From an archaeon (GTDB lineage: Archaea > Nanobdellota > Nanobdellia > Pacearchaeales > GW2011-AR1), in the NCBI GenBank assembly GCA_043810775.1, contig JBDRNU010000012.1:1-18484 (forward strand): DNA of 18,484 nt. The letters run 5' to 3'. Below, one piece after another: positions 16,029 to 18,484 of the stretch; within the stretch, counting starts at the first letter, position 1; each line of letters begins with the position of its first letter. The notes under the pieces were generated by a model. It ran no database searches and was not told the origin of the DNA. It saw nothing but the letters and a program-made list of their open reading frames with translations. The translations under genes were made by a program, and so were the position numbers.

Positions 16029-16712
16029 ATGAAGAAAATTAATAGAAGCCTGCAATCTTTAGAAGAAGAAGTTCAAGCTGAAAAAGATAGAAGAGAGTAT
16101 GAGGAAGAAGTAAAAGATCTTAGTAATAAAATAGTGAGTATTAGAATGCATAATCCTTCTTTTGGAAAAATAAGAGAATTGGAATTAGATTCTGAAAAAA
16201 TAGAACTCTATGGGGAGCTTGTAAGAGGTATTGACAATAGAATACATCCTTCTAAATCTCTAAATTATGTTCTTAAAGGCGTCACTTATTTGGGAGGACT
16301 TGTAGGCATGCTTTTAGGGATAGCTGGATGCTTATATGGGCTTTCATTATTAGATTTGCCTGAAAGTGAGGAAGGGGGCTTGGCCCTACTTGGGGTACTT
16401 TTTGGAGTTTTTGGAGATATTGGTTGTGGAGTGGCTGCTCTGCAATATTTAGATGAAAGCCATATGCAAAAAAAAGTAGCCAAACAGATATTAGAACATC
16501 AAGATTATCTATCTGGATTAGTAGAAGATTTTAGTAATCTTTCAAATCAAAGTAGGTACTTTTTAGAAGAAATTGAAAATAGAAAACAGAAAAATTTTTA
16601 TGTTAAAACTGCTAAAAAATTATACAGAGAGATTAAACCTATTGAAAGAGGGTTAAAAGGGAATATAGGTGCTGTAAAGAGATATTGTGAAGTTGTGGAT
16701 TCTTTTATTTAG
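16029..16712 (+). CDS. Hypothetical membrane protein (two Gly-rich TM helices, charged helical flanks)
   Basis: 227 aa; LGGLVGMLLGIAGCLYGL and LALLGVLFGVFGDIGCGVAAL. Confidence 0.75.
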   Translation: MKKINRSLQSLEEEVQAEKDRREYEEEVKDLSNKIVSIRMHNPSFGKIRELELDSEKIELYGELVRGIDNRIHPSKSLNYVLKGVTYLGGLVGMLLGIAGCLYGLSLLDLPESEEGGLALLGVLFGVFGDIGCGVAALQYLDESHMQKKVAKQILEHQDYLSGLVEDFSNLSNQSRYFLEEIENRKQKNFYVKTAKKLYREIKPIERGLKGNIGAVKRYCEVVDSFI

Positions 16713-16792
16713 GGCGGCAAAAGTAGAAAAGCTTAAAAATACTTAAAATATACAAGTTCAACCTGGTAGAAAGAGTTCTTGATAAATTTAAA

Positions 16793-18403
16793 ATGAGATT
16801 TGATGAGGAGCCAGAAAAGATTTTGGGAAGGATGCTACAAGATCCACTTGAAAATTTAGAATCTATTTGTTTGTTTAATGATATGTGGGAAAGAGATTTG
16901 GAGTATGCTCAGAAAGGCAGAATTGGAAGGCTTCTATCTAGAACTAAAAATAGACTTACTCCTAAAAGAGTTCTTCTTGCGCAGCCTGAAAAACATTCAA
17001 CTACAAGAATAAGGCAAGAAGCAAATATATTTGTGAGATATGCTTATTTAGCAGAGACTTTATGTAAAAATTTAGGATGGAAAGACGCAGAGGGAGCCCA
17101 CTGGTATCAAGGGAAAATTGAACCAACGGAACAAGAAGTAGAAGATACTCCTTTAATGATGTCAGAAAATATGGATAGAGTCTCAACTGATATGGTTGTA
17201 AGCAAGGAAATTATTCCTGTAATAAAAGAAGAAAGAATATTAGAGGTATTTTTTGATGGATATTATAGAGAGCCTAATATAATTCGTCCAAAAGTTAGAT
17301 TTGAACTTAAGCAAGAAGTTGATGGAGAATATGTAACAATATCTAGAGCTTTTCCTGTAAATGAATTCCAAACTGCACTGAGTGATCAAGGTTTGGCTCA
17401 ACGTAGGCGTCCTCCAGTAGAAGAAGAACTGATGGAAAGTGCGGTTATAAATCCTTGGTTTGTATGGCAGGGATTAGAACAAGAAATGACTCCAAGTTTA
17501 GTTTATGAAGCTTTTGTTGAACATTATAAAAAGAAATTTTTTGAAATGATGAATACTCCAGGATACTTTTATCATAATCATCTTTTGAGATTTAGATCAA
17601 TTGCTAGTAATATAAGTGGTCTTGATCCCGAATCTAATGGATTAAATATACCAATTGAAGAATTAAGAAACTTAGAAGAAGCGCTTGAGGAAATAGACCA
17701 TTCTGGTGAATTACTAGGAATTAAAATCCATAGAGCAGAGAGAACAATTGAGATGCTGACACAGAAATACTCTCGATTAAAATATAGTAAAAGAGGGGGT
17801 AAAGAAGAAGGTGAAGAAGGAGAAGCTGTGTATGAAGAACCTGATGCAGATATAAGAGAAGATGTACAAGAGTCTCCTTTAGAAGCAGAAACTAAGAAAG
17901 AGAGAGATTCTGGAAAGAGAAAAATGGGAAGAGTGCAAGATACAGAGGCATATTCAATTAATGGATTTAGAAGAGATATTGGAATTTCAGTTAGGTCTAT
18001 GTGGGAAGCTAACTATGCAAGAATACTTATGTATGATGGGGTAGATTTTGAATATGAGCCAGATACATTTGTACTGGACGTGCCAGAAAGTGCAAGGCCT
18101 CTTTTTGATGGAAAAGAGCAAGTAAGATATACTCCTGATTTTCATATTACTGGGACTCATAGATATGTGGAAGTAAAAGGTGAATGGCATGATGCTCATG
18201 GACAGGAAACTGCTCATAAAATAATGCTTTTAAAAGCAAAGCATCCTGAAATTACTGTGGAGACGGTAAGTACTGATGATTATAGAAAATTAGATGCAGA
18301 ATATAGAGAGAAAATTAATGATTCTGAGGATTTTGTGAGATGGGAATATGGTGGAAGAAAAAGAGGCCGTAATTTAGCTACTCATCCTGATGAGTTTAAG
18401 TAG
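16793..18403 (+). CDS. Large acidic protein with a C-terminal PD-(D/E)XK endonuclease domain
   Basis: RSMWEANYARIL (R401), FEYEP, YTPDF (D449), YVEVKG (E460, K462); N-terminal ~330 aa not recognised. Confidence 0.8.
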   Translation: MRFDEEPEKILGRMLQDPLENLESICLFNDMWERDLEYAQKGRIGRLLSRTKNRLTPKRVLLAQPEKHSTTRIRQEANIFVRYAYLAETLCKNLGWKDAEGAHWYQGKIEPTEQEVEDTPLMMSENMDRVSTDMVVSKEIIPVIKEERILEVFFDGYYREPNIIRPKVRFELKQEVDGEYVTISRAFPVNEFQTALSDQGLAQRRRPPVEEELMESAVINPWFVWQGLEQEMTPSLVYEAFVEHYKKKFFEMMNTPGYFYHNHLLRFRSIASNISGLDPESNGLNIPIEELRNLEEALEEIDHSGELLGIKIHRAERTIEMLTQKYSRLKYSKRGGKEEGEEGEAVYEEPDADIREDVQESPLEAETKKERDSGKRKMGRVQDTEAYSINGFRRDIGISVRSMWEANYARILMYDGVDFEYEPDTFVLDVPESARPLFDGKEQVRYTPDFHITGTHRYVEVKGEWHDAHGQETAHKIMLLKAKHPEITVETVSTDDYRKLDAEYREKINDSEDFVRWEYGGRKRGRNLATHPDEFK

Positions 18404-18447
18404 GGCGTCAGAGGGGCTGAAGGTTTTTATAGTTCTTTACCCTAACT

Positions 18448-18484
18448 TAAAATGCCAAGAAAAATAGCCGCCTCCACGCTCGCT
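18448..18484 (+). repeat. Dispersed GC-rich hairpin repeat, copy 2 (truncated by the window end)
   Basis: TAAAATGCCAA..AAAATAGCCGCCTCCACGCTCGCT matches 10882-10921. Confidence 0.8.

Noticed and set aside
432-18217. Short overlapping ORFs in the track (432, 1416, 4353, 9085, 9510, 9987, 10465, 13275, 15242, 16286, 17001, 17987)
   Set aside because: All lie within longer, better-supported CDSs on the opposite strand or another frame and have no motifs; treated as shadow ORFs.
10882-18484. Composite transposon or provirus bounded by the two hairpin repeats
   Set aside because: No transposase, integrase or virion genes between the copies; cannot be excluded without flanking data but is unsupported.

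Overview
AT-rich, gene-dense window that reads as a DPANN archaeal chromosome segment, most like Pacearchaeota/Woesearchaeota (inference from BRE/TATA promoters starting 28-29 nt before most ATGs, TrmB and tandem Lrp regulators, and a COG1361-like surface protein). It holds about 26 mostly monocistronic accessory genes: M23 peptidase, SAM methyltransferase, YvcK, patatin, YycJ-like MBL hydrolase, amidohydrolase, ASCH, GNAT, HD hydrolase, bacterial-type CoaD, three TrmB paralogues, a double Lrp/AsnC and two PD-(D/E)XK nucleases. I saw no rRNA, tRNA, CRISPR array, transposase or integrase. The most notable items are a J-domain fused to a Janus/Ocnus (PHPT1-like) phosphohistidine phosphatase domain, a repeated TrmB-plus-divergent-orphan layout with palindromic operators, a dispersed GC-rich hairpin repeat (10882 and 18448), a motif recurring after stop codons in the first 2.7 kb, and two small membrane ORFs missing from the ORF track. 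All family calls are by-eye motif recognition, not database searches.
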